NCBI GenBank assembly: GCA_026025795.1
Contig: JAPEUG010000081.1
Coordinates: forward strand, 1-53,311
Direction: 5' to 3'
DNA from: Thelocarpon superellum
Lineage: Eukaryota
DNA: 53,311 bases
Positions 48,903 to 53,311 of the stretch are shown here, in pieces (the stretch's first letter is position 1; the number at the start of each line of letters is the position of its first letter). The translations under genes were made by a program, and so were the position numbers. A model generated the notes under the pieces. The model saw only the letters and a list, made by a program, of their open reading frames with translations, did not search any database and had not been told where the DNA came from.

Positions 48903-50317
48903 CTACAAAGCAGGACGAGAAGGCGACAAAGGAGGCTGCGACGTGGCATGAGCAGCCGCAGCAGCCGCATCGGCAGAAGAATCACCACCACCACCAATAC
49001 ACGACCCCTCGCAGCACGGGAGCACTTCGCCAAGCAAGGCCCAATCTTCGGGCGCCACTTCGGGCGCGGCGGACGTGAGCAGCGCGCCGATGGCGTCGAT
49101 GATGAGCTCGCATGCGAACTCTAGCCACGCCGGCGTGCCGCTTCCCAGTTCCCAGGCGATATCTGTCGTCCCGCCAATGGTCCCTGTTAGTCTCGTGCTA
49201 TGACTGGTCATTGACGGCGGGGACGGAGGTAGGAGGGAGAAGGGAAGACGGAAAGGAGAGGCTGGTTCAACTCACCAATATTCATCCATGCTGCTTCTGC
49301 TTCGTTTGCCTCATTGAGCTGCACGCCTAGGAGGTCATGCGTGGTTAGTCCACTCTTCTCTCTTTCTCTTTGTGCGTCATGGTATAGGCGCATGGGAGGA
49401 AGAAAAGGGCACTTACTGATCGAGTTGGCGGCATTGCACAGAGTGGCGTGGCCAGTACAGGAGCCCGAGGGAGGGCTCACCGCGCGCTTATCGTGGGGAC
49501 AAGCCCCGTCCAATTCCAGCCAGGGTACGCTGCTGCAGCTTTTGTTACCCGACGCCGACTGCTGGAAGGCGTTGACGGCGGCGCCGAGCATGGCGTCGCG
49601 CTCCTGCGTCGATTTGTAGAAGCTGTCGTCGATGGTGAAGGTGGGTTGGCCGACGGTCATCTCCGTCCCGACGACGGTGCTGACGTCTTTCACGACGGCC
49701 CCGTTCGAGGCACAGCTCGCATTGCTGCCGGGCTTTGGATCGGGACATTGCGGCGTGAGCGCGTTCCACATGGCGCTGTAGAGCGCCGACCCACTGAGTT
49801 CTCCCACGTGAACGTAGTTGTTCGACACCTCCACCTTGGTCGAGGGCCTGGGCTCCACGCAGCCGGGTTTGGGCCTACATTCACCGTTGTTGCCGCCTAC
49901 AATGGCGCAGACATTGCAACCGAGCGTCGCGACCGGGTAAGGTTGTGTGGGGTTGATGGTCGACGACGGAAGCGAAGAATAATCGCAGCTGGCGCTGGTC
50001 GGGGCCGTCGCAGGCACGCTGAGCACTGAATATGGCTTGCTATTGCACAGGCAGTACGCGCTTGGGATCCCTTCACCTGGATCCGGGTCCTGCACGTAGC
50101 ACGTTGGCTTGGTGAGCGGTGCCGCCGTCGTCGACGGCGGGTTGGATCACGGCTTGCATGCATTCGATCGCTTGGCGGGCCCTTGGTAGGCAGAGGTCGT
50201 CGGGACGGGCGGAGAGGCGGTCAACGCCGCCTCCGGCTGGGACCAGCCGGGGTGGACATGCACGCTGAGCACCCCGAGCATGCATAACGTGCGGCCCAAT
50301 GAGACCAACCCGACCAT
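48903..50317 (-). pseudogene. Secreted cysteine-rich protein gene with one in-frame TGA near the N-terminus (pseudogene, null allele or recoded)
   Basis: Signal-like MVGLVSLGRTLCMLGVLSVHV from 50317. TGA at 50149-50147, then the same frame continues SNPPSTTAAPLTKPTCYVQDPDPGEGIPSAYCLC. Clean introns at 49416-49327 and 49275 to about 49165 lead to DIAWELGSG...FACELIIDAIG. Confidence 0.7.
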
Positions 50318-51203
50318 GGTGGGAGAAGGCAATAACGAATGTCGGAGGACTGAAAAGGAGCGTAGTAGAAGACAGAACAAGACAATCAGGAACGCGGAAA
50401 GGGATGGTGAGTGCGGATGTCGTCCGATTGTCGCCAAGAGAGGTCCTATCAACGCTCTTCTAATACCTGTTACATCCAGATGAATCTTCATTGCTCTGAG
50501 CCGGGGCGACATCAGACGGAAATTGAGCGTGTATGTCCGAGCATCATCTCACATCAGAATCTACTAGACCACCCGCGGTCATGAGGTGGCAGTGCTGTGC
50601 AAGTAGCCTCCGTGTCACCAATCAAATGAGGATGCTGAGGCTCGCATCATGACTCCAAGTCACATAGGGGGGACATCGAACGGAGCCGTGGGGCGGCCCG
50701 TTCATCCGATTGCAGCGTGGGCTCCGCTGCGGTAGTCTTGGCGATGGACTGATGTGAGCTCGGGATACTGGGAAGCATCGAGCTGAAACGTCCCCACATG
50801 CATCTCATCGTGAGACGCCGGCACTAACCTGGTGGCGCATGTCAAGCCAACAGCCGTCAGCTCCCTCGACGTTGGACGATCCCATCTTTAGGTGGATTAG
50901 GTGGAGGAAAAGGGTAAGCTGTGTTCAGGCCAGATGGACGGGCATCATCTCAGCCATTGGTCGCGGGGTTTCAACCCGATGTAGCGGCGTGACTCGCTAA
51001 AGCCGCCGAGGGCCCGTCGGACATTTCCCGCTACTTTGCCTAGTATAGAATCCATAAGCGGGGGCACAGAAGACACTCCCAACAGCTATATCCCTGCCCT
51101 CCAACTCGACTATGCAGGTACACGTCTTAGCTGCGCGGTACCCGAGCGGCGCCACTATGCAGCATGCCACGACGGAATGGGTAGAGAAGCCGTGGTGGTC
51201 TAG

Positions 51204-51458
51204 GTGGGTGAAGACGTCTTTGCCATCCCCGATGAATGCAGTGTCAAGGACGACACCGTGCTGCTGATCTCGTGGCAAGCCTGGCCGGTGGGGGACGACG
51301 AGGATGGCTATGATCTGATGGAAGAAGGCTGGACGCCATTCCGCGTTCACTTTCCCAGCGCGGCTACCCTCTGCCAGGGCCTTACTTCAAAGCTCAACCC
51401 TCATGAGCTGCCCGAGAGTGAATTCGAGGATGGTGTTTTCACCTGGATCCCAGAATAA
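51204..51458 (+). CDS. Possible terminal exon or relic of a small acidic protein gene
   Basis: Protein-like frame after a TAG acceptor (VGEDVFAIPDECSVKDDTVLLISWQAWP...FTWIPE*). Splice-like signals lie upstream but I could not assemble a stop-free model. Confidence 0.3.
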   Translation: MGEDVFAIPDECSVKDDTVLLISWQAWPVGDDEDGYDLMEEGWTPFRVHFPSAATLCQGLTSKLNPHELPESEFEDGVFTWIPE

Positions 51459-52561
51459 AGCAAATATGACGAGGGTGCTAGCGATGATTTGCCCATCCAC
51501 TTGGTGTCCCACTGTAGGCTGGCAGAGGGTTCAGTTCGGTCGGTTCGCTTGCGCACGCCTTTGCTTTGTTAAACCTTGAATAAAGTATTCGCGAAATTGA
51601 AAAATCGATATTCTACGTATATTTTATTCCTCATTCATGTCCCGCTCGCATCTGGACTGAGCGACGTAACCTGGCCTCAAAGGAAGTTATCATTAATTTT
51701 CTCACCAAGCCTTCCAATTATAAGGTTACGCCAAGTTGTCGGAGCTATCTGGGTCTTCGACGCGGGTTTGGTCTGTCGCAATGAGACTGGTGCTGGTAGG
51801 GTAAGGGATACTTCATAGAAGGCTTCCAATCGTACGCGACAAGCTTGGTGATGTTGGAGGCTCTTCCACGTTGTAGTGCCCAGCAAGAAAATGCCACGGC
51901 CTAGCGGAAATGAGTGTCGCGTTGGCTGTAGCTTACTGTCACCGTCTGTGTCGTGATTAACCCACCTGCGATGTAGGCATGTCAGCTCTGGCAGGTTGCG
52001 CACGTAAGACAACTATAGTAGGTGGCAAATGCCCTTTTATATCTACGACTTTGGAAAAGTGAAGTCGTGTACGGTGTTTACGAACCAGCCTTATCACGCA
52101 GTCTTCGTATCATTGCTATGGTTGGAGGCTCCGCCGCATACAGTGAGCTCCCTTCAGGCGAGATCGGGCCACGTCAGTTAAACGTGCGGCGACAGACATT
52201 GCGACTGGTTGTGTCGACAGCGTAGTGTAAGTACGAGCACTCGTAGGGCTTGCCGATCGGCCCCCACCGAAACGCGGGAACCAATTAGCAAACATTATTA
52301 TCAGGTGCGATTGGGTAACGGTCGGGCTGTTACTAGCGATCTACCGATCACAAATGAGAGACCACACGTACGCAAATAGCCAGCGGTGAGACGACGCAAA
52401 GAGAGGTAGCCGGTGAATCGTAAAAGAGGACGCGACCCGCAGCACTGGCCCATTTGCTCAGGCTGTTCCATCGCTCGTCGAAGTGATCTTTTGCTCCTCC
52501 ACTCGTACATTGCAGCTCGGTTCGTGGCACGTGTACCGGTCGGACCCCCCGTACTCGTAGA

Positions 52562-52846
52562 TTGACAGCCGTCGCGTCGTTGGCTTTTTGCCGTTTAGCT
52601 ATGATCGTTTATTTCTATCGGAAGCACAAGGCCAAAAAGGCCCAGGCTCAGGCTCAAGCCCAGGCCCAAGCACAAGATCAGACTCCGGCCCACGGCCAGA
52701 ATCAGACACAAGACCATGGGCAGACTAAGACGCCAATTCGACGCAAACCATGCCCTCATCAGCTCTCCTACGTGCCTCGAGATGAGTCGGCGAAGGATTC
52801 CCAGGCCGTGACAGATCATCAGGTGGCCCAAGCCAGCCCACTTTAG
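52562..52846 (+). CDS. Possible exon of a small single-pass membrane protein with QA repeat
   Basis: Hydrophobic stretch followed by basic RKHKAKK and (AQ)n. No start or upstream exons established. Confidence 0.25.
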   Translation: MTAVASLAFCRLAMIVYFYRKHKAKKAQAQAQAQAQAQDQTPAHGQNQTQDHGQTKTPIRRKPCPHQLSYVPRDESAKDSQAVTDHQVAQASPL

Positions 52847-53311
52847 CAGGATTCCGTACTAGGCTCTCCCCTACCGGCTCCAGCTCCAGCGTCCGAGGGT
52901 GCACAGTTGGAGAACACCTCCGATAAGGTCGATGGTTCTGGAAGAGCCTCTGAGCCATGTCAGGCCTGCAAGCAGGAGAAAAGGGCCGCCAGAGTGTACC
53001 GCTGGAAGCGTATTGGCGGCCTTTTCCTCCTCTTCGGACTTGGCGTCGTGCTGCTCGGGCTGGCGTACCAAGCCCTGCTACCGAGCTTGCAAAAGGCCAG
53101 CGATCTTGCCGATGGACGTGAGGATTGTTTCACCGAGCGGGCCTTGACACACTGGCTGCGCCGCTCCCTCAGCACGGAGATGGTCGCAATCTATGGCGAC
53201 GTGGTGCGGAAATGTCTCCGATGTGGCTTTGGCCGTGGCGAGGACCTCAATCAGCCAGCGCTCCAGGAAGGCGTATACCAGGAAGTGATTTGCCCGTTGA
53301 GACGGTTGGAG

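Overview
GC-rich, intron-containing filamentous-ascomycete (Pezizomycotina-type) genomic DNA. I judge this from GT-AG introns with CTRAC/CTGAT branch sites and from the protein families present. Most of the window is conserved genes: SRP9/Srp21, a WDR44-like WD40 protein, an ADF-H/PH-like protein, an Opy1-like double-PH protein, a PTH11-like receptor, RIA1/EFL1, a membrane-anchored ubiquitin hydrolase, Alb1/Ecm1, MFAP1, TRS31, SNF4, dihydroxyacetone kinase, SmD2, an Ams2-like GATA factor, RPA3 and an Atf-type bZIP. A secreted Cys-rich gene near the end is interrupted by one in-frame TGA. The anomalous part is about 5 kb between SNF4 and DAK (about 30700-35590). It holds a self-complementary leader, an intronless orphan ORF ending in a coiled coil, and two different non-coding tandem arrays of hairpin motifs. 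In the first array (8 copies, variable spacers) the stem arms covary between copies, which points to a selected nucleic-acid structure that I do not recognise. Exon boundaries and family calls were read by eye and no database search was run.
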